NCBI GenBank assembly: GCA_002478275.1
Contig: DLMY01000016.1
Location: forward strand, 62,001-103,222
Reading direction: 5' to 3'
DNA: 41,222 bases
Source of the DNA: Actinobacteria bacterium UBA7524
Lineage (GTDB): Bacteria > Actinomycetota > Coriobacteriia > Anaerosomatales > UBA912
Notes under the pieces: model-generated
Told to the model about the DNA's origin: nothing
The model's database searches: none
What the model saw: only the letters and a program-made list of their open reading frames with translations
Translations under genes and position numbers: made by a program
Part shown: positions 1-8,669 of the stretch, in pieces
Position numbering within the stretch: the stretch's first letter is position 1
How the letters are laid out: the number at the start of each line of letters is the position of its first letter

Positions 1-423
1 CAGATACCTCATGACCGTGGTCTCGCAGGACACTCCGATGCGGATGTCCTGACCCATGCACTCATGGACGCGATCCTCGGTGCGATGAGGGCGGGCGACA
101 TCGGGCAGCACTTCCCAGACACCGACCCGTCGCTCGCCGGGGTATCCAGCATGCTTCTTCTGGGCCGCACGTGCGACCTGATGCACGAGGCTGGCTGGGA
201 ACTCGTCGACGCCGACTGTGTGCTTGCGCTTGAGACACCCAAGATCGGTCCATACCGTGATCGTATGCGGCACGAGATCGCAGGAAAGCTCCAGGTGCAG
301 GTCGAGCACGTCGGCCTCAAGGCCACTACCACCGAAGGACTGGGCTTCGCAGGCCGTGGAGAAGGAGTCCAAGCGCAGGCGGTCGTCTTGTTACGGAGAA
401 GGTCGACACAGGCTGGTGCTTGA
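1..423 (+). CDS. ispF: 2-C-methyl-D-erythritol 2,4-cyclodiphosphate synthase (5'-truncated by window)
   Basis: Frame 1 from base 1 reads QIPHDRGLAGHSDADVLTHALMDAILGA...GDIGQHFPDTD...KATTTEGLGFAGRGEG, which are IspF motifs. Confidence 0.95.
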   Translation, partial: QIPHDRGLAGHSDADVLTHALMDAILGAMRAGDIGQHFPDTDPSLAGVSSMLLLGRTCDLMHEAGWELVDADCVLALETPKIGPYRDRMRHEIAGKLQVQVEHVGLKATTTEGLGFAGRGEGVQAQAVVLLRRRSTQAGA

Positions 424-510
424 GCCGAAGGCCCTCTGTCGGCGAAGATGGACGTTATACGTGCACGACTGATTGCCGGGCCCCTACAGATACCCGCCGA
501 GGAACCCTCT

Positions 511-1242
511 ATGCTCCATCGGATCCAGGATGACATCAGAGCCGTCAAGGACCGCGATCCCGCGGCTACCTCGACGTTGTCCGTGCTGTTGAATTACCCG
601 GGTCTACACGCCCTGTGGTGGCACCGCATCAATCATTGGCTGTGGAAGCACGGCAGGCGCGGCCTGGCCAGGTGGCAGTCTCAGCAGATTCGCTTCTTCA
701 CAGGTATCGAGATCCATCCGGGGGCTACCATCGGCGAGAGGTTCTTCATCGATCACGGCATGGGCGTCGTCATCGGTGAAACCACGATCATCGGCGACGA
801 TGTCACGCTCTACCAAGGAGTCACCCTCGGCGGCACAGGGAACGAGACCGGTAAGCGGCACCCGACCCTGCAGGACTGCGTCGTCGTGGGAGTGGGAGCG
901 GCGGTACTGGGAGACATCACCATCGGACGCGGCAGCCGTGTGGGTGGCGGCGCGGTCGTCGTCAACGATGTTCCGCCCAATTGCACGGTGGTGGGTATCC
1001 CTGGCCGCGTCGTCGTCCGGGAGGGGAGCAGGATCGACGCCATCGACCTGCATCACGAGGACCTGCCCGATCCTGTGGTCGAGATGTTCCGCTGTCTGCA
1101 GCGCCGTCTGGACAGATTGGAGCAGGTTGTCTCGGATGAAGCGGCTGAGGCGGATGAGGCGGCCGAGACGAAGCACCCGGATGGCGGCCTGGCACCACAC
1201 GCACCTGTATCAGACATACATACCGAATCGTGCGACCTGTGA
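511..1242 (+). CDS. cysE: Serine O-acetyltransferase
   Basis: [41 protein letters not shown] motifs; ATG 511 follows GAGGA; the ORF track start at 448 is probably too long. Confidence 0.93.
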   Translation: MLHRIQDDIRAVKDRDPAATSTLSVLLNYPGLHALWWHRINHWLWKHGRRGLARWQSQQIRFFTGIEIHPGATIGERFFIDHGMGVVIGETTIIGDDVTLYQGVTLGGTGNETGKRHPTLQDCVVVGVGAAVLGDITIGRGSRVGGGAVVVNDVPPNCTVVGIPGRVVVREGSRIDAIDLHHEDLPDPVVEMFRCLQRRLDRLEQVVSDEAAEADEAAETKHPDGGLAPHAPVSDIHTESCDL

Positions 1243-1282
1243 TAGAGCCGGTCGCGTTCTCGGGGAATCGAGGGCATCAGGC

Positions 1283-2788
1283 ATGACGCTTCGGGTCTAC
1301 AACACGCTCACCCGCTCGAAAGAGGAGTTCGTACCGCGTGAGGCAGGTAAGGTCTCGATGTATGTGTGCGGACCTACCGTGTACAACCATATCCATATCG
1401 GCAACGCCAGGACGTTCCTTTCCTTTGACGTCATCCGCAGATATCTCGAGTTCCGCGGTTTCGAGGTGACGTTCGTCCAGAACATCACCGACGTCGATGA
1501 CAAGATCATCGCGCGCGCGAACGAGGAAGGCCGGTCAGCGTCCGAGGTCGCTCTCGAATACACTACGGCATTCCAGGATGCGATGCGCGACCTGGGAGTC
1601 CGGCCCCCTACGGTCGCCCCAAAGGCTACCGAGACGATTCCCGAGATGATAGGGATGGTCGAACGACTCATCGAGTCTGGCCACGCCTACGAGGTAGATG
1701 GTGACGTCTACTTCGCAGTTCGTTCGTTTCCTGGGTACGGTCGTCTGTCTGGCCGCGACATCGAGGAAATGAATGCAGGCTCAAGGGTTGACGTCGACGA
1801 GCGCAAGAGGGACCCTCTGGACTTCGCTCTGTGGAAGTCGGCCAAGCCGGGGGAGCCTCACTGGACGTCGCCCTGGGGGGAGGGACGACCGGGCTGGCAC
1901 CTCGAGTGCTCGGTGATGTCCGAGAAGGAACTCGGGACATCCTTCGACATCCATGGTGGTGCCAGCGACCTCATCTTTCCTCATCACGAGAACGAGATCG
2001 CGCAGTCTGAGGCCGCGACAGGCTCGCAGTTCACCCGGTACTGGCTTCACGGAGGGCTGCTTCAGGTCAACGCCGAGAAGATGAGCAAGTCACTCGGCAA
2101 CTTCATGCTGCTCAAGGAGGTTCTGCAAGACTACCCCTCGTCGGTCGTCAGGCTGATGATGCTCCAAACCCACTATCGCAGTCCGCTCGACTTCTCGACC
2201 GAACGTCTGGATGAGGCCAGGGTCGCATACGACCGGCTGATGACCCCTATACGCGACATCACTGATCTGTCGACCGGCGACAAGACCTGGGAACCGATGA
2301 AGGCCACGTCGAGTGACAGAACGGCACTGGTCGACGCGGTTGAAGCGGCAAACGATTCATTCGTGACCGAGATGGACGATGACTTCAACACCGCCGGTGC
2401 TCTGGGTGCGGTGTTCGAGCTGGTACGCACGACGAACCGCTTCCTGAACGATTTCGGCACGGGTGTCAACGGCGAGAACGTGCCTGTGCTGCATCAAGCC
2501 CGGGATTCCGTCACTGAGCTTCTGGCGGTGCTCGGCATAGAGGTCGTATCCCGAACGACGGACGAGTATCCCACGGATGTGGTGCCTCTTGCCCGCAGGC
2601 TGGCGGCCTATGAGGGTGACAGCCCGATGGAAGCGGTAAACGCTTTGTTGGCTGCGAGGTCGGCCGCGCGCACCGAACGCAATTGGGCCGCCGCCGATGC
2701 GGTTCGAGACGGTCTTGCGTCCCTTGGCTTCACCGTTGAGGACACACCGCAAGGGGCGCGGGTACTGCTCGGGCGACCGGGCGGCTGA
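1283..2788 (+). CDS. cysS: Cysteine--tRNA ligase
   Basis: [42 protein letters not shown] motifs; start [11 protein letters not shown] at 1283. Confidence 0.97.
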   Translation: MTLRVYNTLTRSKEEFVPREAGKVSMYVCGPTVYNHIHIGNARTFLSFDVIRRYLEFRGFEVTFVQNITDVDDKIIARANEEGRSASEVALEYTTAFQDAMRDLGVRPPTVAPKATETIPEMIGMVERLIESGHAYEVDGDVYFAVRSFPGYGRLSGRDIEEMNAGSRVDVDERKRDPLDFALWKSAKPGEPHWTSPWGEGRPGWHLECSVMSEKELGTSFDIHGGASDLIFPHHENEIAQSEAATGSQFTRYWLHGGLLQVNAEKMSKSLGNFMLLKEVLQDYPSSVVRLMMLQTHYRSPLDFSTERLDEARVAYDRLMTPIRDITDLSTGDKTWEPMKATSSDRTALVDAVEAANDSFVTEMDDDFNTAGALGAVFELVRTTNRFLNDFGTGVNGENVPVLHQARDSVTELLAVLGIEVVSRTTDEYPTDVVPLARRLAAYEGDSPMEAVNALLAARSAARTERNWAAADAVRDGLASLGFTVEDTPQGARVLLGRPGG

Positions 2789-2792
2789 GGGC

Positions 2793-3533
2793 GTGTCAGC
2801 CTTCATCGAAGGACGCAATCCCGTTATCGAGGCACTTCGTTCGGGCATGCCCGGGCAGGCCGTCTTGCTGGCTGAATCCCTTCGTGATGCCGGAGTCGTC
2901 GACGAGATCGAGCGCCTGGCCAAGCGACGCGGGATCCCGGTCAAGCGGGTGTCCCGACAATCGCTTGACGCGCGGAGCGTCCGCGGCGCGCACCAGGGCG
3001 TGGCATTCGAAGCCGAGGAGTACCGTTTCGCTCGCCTCGGCGACGTTCTCGCGAGCGTCGCTTCTCGGGACAGGTGTCTCCTGATAGCACTGGATCATGT
3101 GACCGACCCGGGAAACCTGGGGGCGGTCGTCCGCTCAGCCGAGGTGGCGGGGGCCTCGGCGGTCGTTGTCCCGAAGCGCAGGACCGCGGCGGTGGGTCCG
3201 GCCGCATATAAGACGTCGGCCGGTGCGTTGTCCTGGCTTCCAGTCGTGCAGGACAACCTCGCCCAGGCGATCGAGATGTGCAAACAGGCGGGCTTCTGGG
3301 TGGCCGGTGCCGATGGATCCGCTCCGGACACGCTGTGGGAAGCCCCGCTGGACGGGCGCCTGATGCTTGTTCTCGGTTCGGAAGGTGAGGGCTTGTCCAG
3401 ACTCGTTCGGGAGCGCTGTGACTACCTTGTCCGTCTACCGGTAGCTGGTAGGGTAGACTCCCTCAACGTGGCCCAGGCAGCTACGGTTCTGGCCTATGAA
3501 TGGATTCGACGGGGAGAGGCGGACCGGGCATGA
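2793..3533 (+). CDS. rlmB: 23S rRNA (Gm2251) 2'-O-methyltransferase, SPOUT/TrmH family
   Basis: IEGRNPVIEAL, HQGV, LDHVTDPGNLGAVVRSA, GSEGEGLSRLV, SLNV motifs; GTG start 4 nt after cysS stop. Confidence 0.92.
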   Translation: MSAFIEGRNPVIEALRSGMPGQAVLLAESLRDAGVVDEIERLAKRRGIPVKRVSRQSLDARSVRGAHQGVAFEAEEYRFARLGDVLASVASRDRCLLIALDHVTDPGNLGAVVRSAEVAGASAVVVPKRRTAAVGPAAYKTSAGALSWLPVVQDNLAQAIEMCKQAGFWVAGADGSAPDTLWEAPLDGRLMLVLGSEGEGLSRLVRERCDYLVRLPVAGRVDSLNVAQAATVLAYEWIRRGEADRA

Positions 3534-4036
3534 GGTACTTCGTCATCGACGGATACAACGTGCTTCGCTCCTCGGCTCGTTATCGCGATCTCTCTGCCGC
3601 AGATATCGACTCCGCGCGAGCTAAGCTGGTGGCGGATGCATCCAGCCTTTTGAGCGATGCTGACGGAGTGACTATCGTGTTCGATGGCGGAGGAAACCCC
3701 TCGTCTGACGGTTCCGCACACGAGATCGCGGGACTGGGTGTCGTGTTCTCGAGGTTCGGTATCGATGCCGATACCGTCATCGAGGAGATGGTGGCGCAGT
3801 ACAGGTCCTCTGGTCATAAGGTGGTCGTGGTCACCTCAGACGAGCAGACACAGTGGGTCACCATGGGACCCGGAGTGGTGCGCATGTCGGCATCGGAGTT
3901 CGGTCGCCAGATCGACGATGAGCAGGCGGGTTGGCCGCAGGAATCTCGGTCAGGCCCCCTTGGCTCCACTATCGACGAGCGTATCGACCCTAAGACCCGA
4001 GACACGCTGGCACGGTGGGCACGGTCGGGATCATAG
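3530..4036 (+). CDS. NYN-domain (YacP/Rae1-like) ribonuclease
   Basis: VIDGYNV, IVFDG, ADTVIE, VVTSD acidic motifs; ATGA overlap with rlmB; rlmB-yacP-sigH synteny. Confidence 0.88.
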   Translation: MRYFVIDGYNVLRSSARYRDLSAADIDSARAKLVADASSLLSDADGVTIVFDGGGNPSSDGSAHEIAGLGVVFSRFGIDADTVIEEMVAQYRSSGHKVVVVTSDEQTQWVTMGPGVVRMSASEFGRQIDDEQAGWPQESRSGPLGSTIDERIDPKTRDTLARWARSGS

Positions 4037-4089
4037 GGTCAAGGTTCGTGCAGTGTGCTATCAGGCTTCTTCAGGCTTAGGGAGATTCG

Positions 4090-4119
4090 TTGACACTCTC
4101 CGAATCCAGCCCGTATGGT
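4090..4119 (+). promoter_or_regulatory. Putative housekeeping-sigma promoter for sigH
   Basis: TTGACA(4090-4095)-18 bp-TATGGT(4114-4119). Confidence 0.5.
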
Positions 4120-4199
4120 CGAGAGCGTGTCAGGTACGTCTGCCCTGCCGGGGGCGCATCCTCGAGCACCTTCGCAGGTTCGTAATGGGGGGTTTGTGA

Positions 4200-4850
4200 A
4201 TGCAGGCACAAGAATGGACCGCAGAGTGGCCTGGTAACTCGCACGGTACGGAAGTCGCCCTTGTCAGGGCGGCTCAGGCAGGTGATCAGAACGCCTCAAG
4301 TCAACTCGTCCGCCGCTACAGAAGTCTCGTGCGCTGCAAGGCGCGTTCGTACTTCCTCGTCGGCGGGGATCGCGATGACGTGATCCAGGAGGGGATGATC
4401 GGCCTTTTCAAGGCGATCCGGGATTACGACCCGTCACGTCAGGCGAGCTTCCGGAGCTTCGCCGAGTTGTGCGTCACCCGCCAGATGATCACGGCCATCA
4501 AGACGGCCACGCGACGCAAGCACACCCCCCTGAACACCTACGTCTCGCTGAGTAGGCCTACTGTCACTGAGGATGAGGGAGAGAGGCTGCTTACAGATAT
4601 CCTTGCCGCCAAGGAGATCTGCGATCCTGCGGAGATCGTCGTCTCTGCGTGGGAGGGTGACAGGATACGCAAGGGTCTGTGTGACTCACTGTCCACGTTC
4701 GAGGCCCGGGTGCTCAGACTCTACGTGGACGGTTGTTCTTACCAGGAGATCGCGGAGCGCCTTGGTCGGCACGCAAAGTCCGTGGACAATGCGCTACAGC
4801 GGATCAAGCGTAAGGTCGAGATGCAGATCGATCGCTGCCGGGTCTGCTGA
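4200..4850 (+). CDS. sigH: RNA polymerase sigma factor, SigH family
   Basis: DVIQEGMIGLFKAIRDY, FAELCVTRQMITAIKTATRRKHTPLNTYVSL, KSVDNALQRIKRK match Bacillota SigH; conserved synteny. Confidence 0.9.
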   Translation: MQAQEWTAEWPGNSHGTEVALVRAAQAGDQNASSQLVRRYRSLVRCKARSYFLVGGDRDDVIQEGMIGLFKAIRDYDPSRQASFRSFAELCVTRQMITAIKTATRRKHTPLNTYVSLSRPTVTEDEGERLLTDILAAKEICDPAEIVVSAWEGDRIRKGLCDSLSTFEARVLRLYVDGCSYQEIAERLGRHAKSVDNALQRIKRKVEMQIDRCRVC

Positions 4851-4906
4851 TCTGGACAAGAGGCACTTCTCGCCGCCGCGCCGTGTGGCTACAATGGGTC
4901 GCACTG

Positions 4907-4981
4907 GCTGGCGTAGCTCAATGGCAGAGCAACGGTTTTGTAAACCGTAGGTTGCAGGTTCGACTCCTGTCGCCAGCTCCA
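4907..4981 (+). tRNA. tRNA-Thr(TGT)
   Basis: Acceptor GCTGGCG/CGCCAGC, anticodon arm ACGGT-TTTGTAA-ACCGT, GTTCGA T-loop, encoded CCA; TACAAT -10 candidate at 4890-4895. Confidence 0.96.
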
Positions 4982-4993
4982 AGTCATCACCAG

Positions 4994-5025
4994 AGAGCAC
5001 CTGGATATGAACCGGGTGCTCTTTT
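4994..5025 (+). terminator. Intrinsic terminator after tRNA-Thr (may also serve the convergent cyclase gene)
   Basis: 11-bp stem AGAGCACCTGG/CCGGGTGCTCT followed by T-tract. Confidence 0.75.
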
Positions 5026-5042
5026 CGTTCGTGTATCAGACC

Positions 5043-6581
5043 TCAGGTTCTTATCCCGGGTGCGAGTGGCGTCTGTCCGTCAGCCCAGAGTATCTCGACC
5101 ACCTCGGTCGACTCCGCGATGTTCTTGAGATCGAAGGGTCCGTGACTGAAGGTCTTGATGTCCGCGGGATCGCCCGTGTCTGCAACCAGACGGCTCGCGA
5201 AGATCTGACCGCCGTCTGCGAGGTTCATGATTCGCGCCGCTAGGTTCAGCGCCGTCCCGATGAACGGGCGACCGCCCTTGTCCAGCACGACCTCACCGTC
5301 GGCTATCCCGATGCGCACGATGATCTCGCGTTCGTCCGGGTGGATACTGTTGTGCTCCAGCAGGGTGCGCTGCATCTTCGCTGCTGCTGACACGGCCGCC
5401 GATCCCGACGGAAAGGCAGCGAGAAGTCCATCGCCACCAGTCGACTTACCGCTGCCCCCGAACTCCGTGATTATCGGAAGCAATAGGTCGCGGTGGCGCT
5501 GGATGGTCTTGGCTGAGGCGATACTGCCGTCTTCCTCGGTCATTTTCGAGAAGGACTTCATATCGGTCAGCATCACGACGGCGTGAGTCGTGTGCTTGTT
5601 CGCAAGCTGGTCTTCGGCAGTGGCAATGAGGCGCAACAACTCGTCCACGTCCGCGTCCTCCGTGGTCATGCTGCCCGGTCTGGTCGGTGCGACGGACGCC
5701 GGGACGGGTGCGAACAACGTCTCCGAAGCCGCCGCGAAGATCATGGCGACCGCCAGCGAACCCAGGGAGACCGGAACGAGAGTCGACGAGTCGATGCCGG
5801 CCTGCGGCAGGACCACCCCTGCGATCACGCCCATGACCGCCAGCGCTGCAACGCCGATGGATGTCGAGGCCAGTGCACCAGTGATCCGTCGATCGCGGCC
5901 GACCCAGAGCTTGATCGAGGCCGACACGGCCGCGGCTATCGCCCACAGTACAGGCTGGAGAACCAGGGGGATCCATGAACGAATCGAGGTGAACGTTGCG
6001 ATGAGTCTGCCCGGATCAAGGTCGGCGATGCCGGAGGCGATCCACTTGAAGGTCAGCAGATTGGCCGGTGACTCAGGAAACGAGATGAGCACCTCGTTTC
6101 CTGACGTGATGAGCGGTCCGAGGCGCTCCGCTCCCGTCAAGATGCCCGCTATCTGCAGAACGACACAGACGACGATCGCTGTGAGCGCGCCCTCCGATAG
6201 GCCCAGGAAGTAGCCGGCCAGGACCGGTACGGCCCAGAGCGGACCATAGGTCGCTCCGATGAAGGCCGCTGCGATGACAAGGAAGACGCGGGCCTTGTCT
6301 TGCGCAAGATACTGTAGGGACGCGAAGGCGATGATCAGGAACACGGCTCCCGTCAGTATGTCGGATGCGAGCAGTGGCAGCGACATGGCTATGATCGCCA
6401 GCACCACTCCCACCGCTGGAGAGAGAAACGTGGCTGCACCCACCGCCCCTGCAGCAATGTAAGCGGCGTACACGGGTCCGAAGGACATCGAGATGAGTCC
6501 CCACGCAACGAAGGCAGCCATCGCCACTGACCGGAGAGGGTCGAGTAGGCGCCCGTTCTTGCGCTGGATGCGTACGCTCAT
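5043..6581 (-). CDS. Polytopic membrane protein with C-terminal class III nucleotide (adenylate/guanylate-type) cyclase domain
   Basis: About 10 hydrophobic segments in the first ~290 aa; then VMLTDMKSFS, KSTGGDGLLAAF, VRIGIADGEV, IGTALNLAARI with both metal-binding Asp and the N...R catalytic pair. Confidence 0.88.
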   Translation of the reverse strand: MSVRIQRKNGRLLDPLRSVAMAAFVAWGLISMSFGPVYAAYIAAGAVGAATFLSPAVGVVLAIIAMSLPLLASDILTGAVFLIIAFASLQYLAQDKARVFLVIAAAFIGATYGPLWAVPVLAGYFLGLSEGALTAIVVCVVLQIAGILTGAERLGPLITSGNEVLISFPESPANLLTFKWIASGIADLDPGRLIATFTSIRSWIPLVLQPVLWAIAAAVSASIKLWVGRDRRITGALASTSIGVAALAVMGVIAGVVLPQAGIDSSTLVPVSLGSLAVAMIFAAASETLFAPVPASVAPTRPGSMTTEDADVDELLRLIATAEDQLANKHTTHAVVMLTDMKSFSKMTEEDGSIASAKTIQRHRDLLLPIITEFGGSGKSTGGDGLLAAFPSGSAAVSAAAKMQRTLLEHNSIHPDEREIIVRIGIADGEVVLDKGGRPFIGTALNLAARIMNLADGGQIFASRLVADTGDPADIKTFSHGPFDLKNIAESTEVVEILWADGQTPLAPGIRT

Positions 6582-6597
6582 GTTGATCTCCCTGCGC

Positions 6598-7323
6598 TCA
6601 TAGGTTGTTCGCCATTATCACGACGATGATCGATGCCCATCCGAGGCTGCAGATGACAAGGCCGGTCAGCGCCGCAAGCATGTGGCAGGCTCTCTCGTCG
6701 CCTTCACGCCAGAATGCATATGCGATACGAGGTAGGAATGGTACGGCCAGCCAAGCGGGATTCGCTGCAACGACCAGGACAAGCGCTGCTCCCCGTTCGA
6801 TCATTCCCGCCACACGCCACGAGTCAAAGGGCAGGATCTCGCGGCGGCAGGAGGTCGGCCCGAAGGCGTTTCCGACTTCGTGGACGATGATGGCGCCCAT
6901 GAGCGTGACGACCGCCAGTGCGCACAATGACAGTAGGTGCCAGGCAGTCAACTGCGGCAGGCCGAAAGGCACTAGCTCGACCGGAGGCAGCAGATTCTCG
7001 GCGATCCACACGATTCCGACCAGGGACAAGACGTGGAGGCCCTGGTCGATCGCCAACACGGAGATGCCACTCAGGGCGGTGATCCGGCTGCGGAGCCGGA
7101 TCGTCACCATCTCGATGACCAGATGGGCCGCCATCGACAGAATGACCACACCCCACAGGTACTGGATCTGAGCGATGACGATGATGACGGTACACAGTCC
7201 GATGATGGTCACGTGGGCCGCGAGCCCGCGCCACCCATTCCTCTTGGCTGTTACAAGCCATCCTGGCTGGAGTGCGAAGTCGCCGACCAGATGCCCGAGA
7301 TACAGAGCCAGCAAGAGCTCCAA
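6598..7323 (-). CDS. DUF3307-like integral membrane protein
   Basis: LGHLVGDFALQPGWLVTAK, LAAH, AAHLVIE, IDQGLH, GMIER pattern; TTG start at 7323 behind GGGGAGG. Confidence 0.75.
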   Translation of the reverse strand: MELLLALYLGHLVGDFALQPGWLVTAKRNGWRGLAAHVTIIGLCTVIIVIAQIQYLWGVVILSMAAHLVIEMVTIRLRSRITALSGISVLAIDQGLHVLSLVGIVWIAENLLPPVELVPFGLPQLTAWHLLSLCALAVVTLMGAIIVHEVGNAFGPTSCRREILPFDSWRVAGMIERGAALVLVVAANPAWLAVPFLPRIAYAFWREGDERACHMLAALTGLVICSLGWASIIVVIMANNL

Positions 7324-7476
7324 GTCCGCCTCCCCGTGAGGTCTTCTGCCGTCACTATTCTCGCATGAAGACATCGGACGCGTCTGCTATGCCGCGTGAT
7401 CGAGGGGATATAGAATGGAAAGGTCCGGTACCGTTTGACCTTGCTCACCTATGATTCGGAAGTGCGGGAGGCCCCA

Positions 7477-7890
7477 ATGGCACACGAGGAGTTCTTGGCC
7501 AGAGTACCCATCTTCTCCAATTGTACCGCCGAGGAGATCACGGCTATAGGTTCAGTGGCCCAGGAGAGCGGGTTCCAGTCGGGTCAGATCATAGTCACCC
7601 AAGGTACACCGGGGCAGGCGTTCTACTTGATTCTTGAAGGTCGAGTGGAGATAATCCGGGACGGTCAGTCACTGGGTGCGTTCGGCCCTGGGGATTTCTT
7701 CGGAGAGATGTCGCTCCTGGACCAGGCGCCGAGATCAGCTACGATCCGAGCACTGGAGCCTACCACGTGCCTGATGCTGTCGAGTTGGGATTTCAAGGCG
7801 CTACTCGAACGCATGCCGTCGATAGCGATCAAGCTGTTGGAGGTTCTCAGTCGCAGACTTCGCGTCGCGGACGAGCGCCTTGGCAGATAG
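7477..7890 (+). CDS. Stand-alone cyclic-nucleotide-binding domain protein (no HTH)
   Basis: IVTQGTPGQAFYLILEGRVEI and phosphate-binding cassette FFGEMSLLDQAPRSATIRA; ends after the C-helix (137 aa); GGAGG RBS. Confidence 0.9.
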   Translation: MAHEEFLARVPIFSNCTAEEITAIGSVAQESGFQSGQIIVTQGTPGQAFYLILEGRVEIIRDGQSLGAFGPGDFFGEMSLLDQAPRSATIRALEPTTCLMLSSWDFKALLERMPSIAIKLLEVLSRRLRVADERLGR

Positions 7891-7920
7891 TAGACGAGCT
7901 CCCGGAGGGGGACGCGTATC

Positions 7921-8541
7921 ATGACGACAGCTGCGGGAGCGGTCCTGCTACAGGCGGTTGCTGAACGGATCATCGTCCAGTTGTTGCGCAAGTCCGGTCA
8001 CACGGATGCGCGACCGGTGGCCTCACGTCCCGCAGGTGGGGCAGGGGTCGACCTCGTATACACGTCGTCCGGTCAGCGGACCAGGATAAAAGTGAAGCCC
8101 GATGCGTACTTCGGTGTGGACCCGGCCAAGGTCGGTGATCGCGCGCTCACGTTCTATCGGCCGGATGCCGGCCACTACGCGTTCGAGTCCATCTCCAACA
8201 ACGTCACCCGGGAACCGGGCTGGATATTCAACTCAGAGGCCGACTATCTCTATTACTACTACATCGCACTTTCGCAGAGCGAGAGTGAGGTCGCGGCTCT
8301 TCTGAGCGAGCCGGACGCGGTGTTCTTCGGCGAACTGAAGGTCGAGCGAGACCAGTTGCACGTGATTCTGATGAAGAACATCAGACGCTGGTTCGAGCAA
8401 CACTATGAGGAATACACACCCCGGCCGGTTACCATAGGAGATCATTCAGCATGGTACCGGCTGATTCCGCGTCCCGACATAGAGAAAGAGGTACAAGGCA
8501 TCAACATCGTGGCCTCCGTCTTTGCGGGGCTTGGGGACTGA
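7921..8541 (+). CDS. Hypothetical protein, probable PD-(D/E)xK (restriction-endonuclease-like) fold
   Basis: GGAGG RBS; helix-Glu (AERII), GVD, IKVKPD, YAFESIS...PGWIFNSEADYLYYY pattern; fold is inferred by eye. Confidence 0.55.
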   Translation: MTTAAGAVLLQAVAERIIVQLLRKSGHTDARPVASRPAGGAGVDLVYTSSGQRTRIKVKPDAYFGVDPAKVGDRALTFYRPDAGHYAFESISNNVTREPGWIFNSEADYLYYYYIALSQSESEVAALLSEPDAVFFGELKVERDQLHVILMKNIRRWFEQHYEEYTPRPVTIGDHSAWYRLIPRPDIEKEVQGINIVASVFAGLGD

Positions 8542-8639
8542 ATGTAGTCACCAGTAGACTGTCGGGGACCTGTCCCCGAAGTGCTGGGGCGCCATTTGGG
8601 TGTGAGTTCAGATAGGCACGCCCGGCACCGTTGTCGTCG

Positions 8640-8669
8640 TTGACACTCGCGAAAGCGATGCAGTACTAT
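8640..8669 (+). promoter_or_regulatory. Promoter for the tRNA-tuf transcript
   Basis: TTGACA(8640-8645)-18 bp-TACTAT(8664-8669), about 60 nt upstream of tRNA-Tyr. Confidence 0.65.

Noticed and set aside
424..510. T-box leader upstream of cysE-cysS
   Set aside because: Only about 87 bp and no T-box consensus or terminator visible
1135..1167. 18-bp-period duplication in the cysE tail ([11 protein letters not shown])
   Set aside because: Two imperfect copies in a low-complexity acidic tail; no sign of function
776..1282. 170-aa N-terminal extension on CysS (likewise the extensions on ORFs 33859-35808, 33245-34699, 32679-33308)
   Set aside because: They overlap genuine upstream genes or regulatory DNA; family homology, RBS or stop/start overlaps point to the downstream starts
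7477..7890. Calling the cNMP-binding protein a CRP transcription factor
   Set aside because: It stops right after the C-helix (TAG TAG) and the next ORF is not an HTH domain
4960..8640. Integrative element or prophage at tRNA-Thr(TGT)
   Set aside because: No integrase or transposase, and no duplicated tRNA 3' end at the far side (only a 6-nt CCTGTC match)
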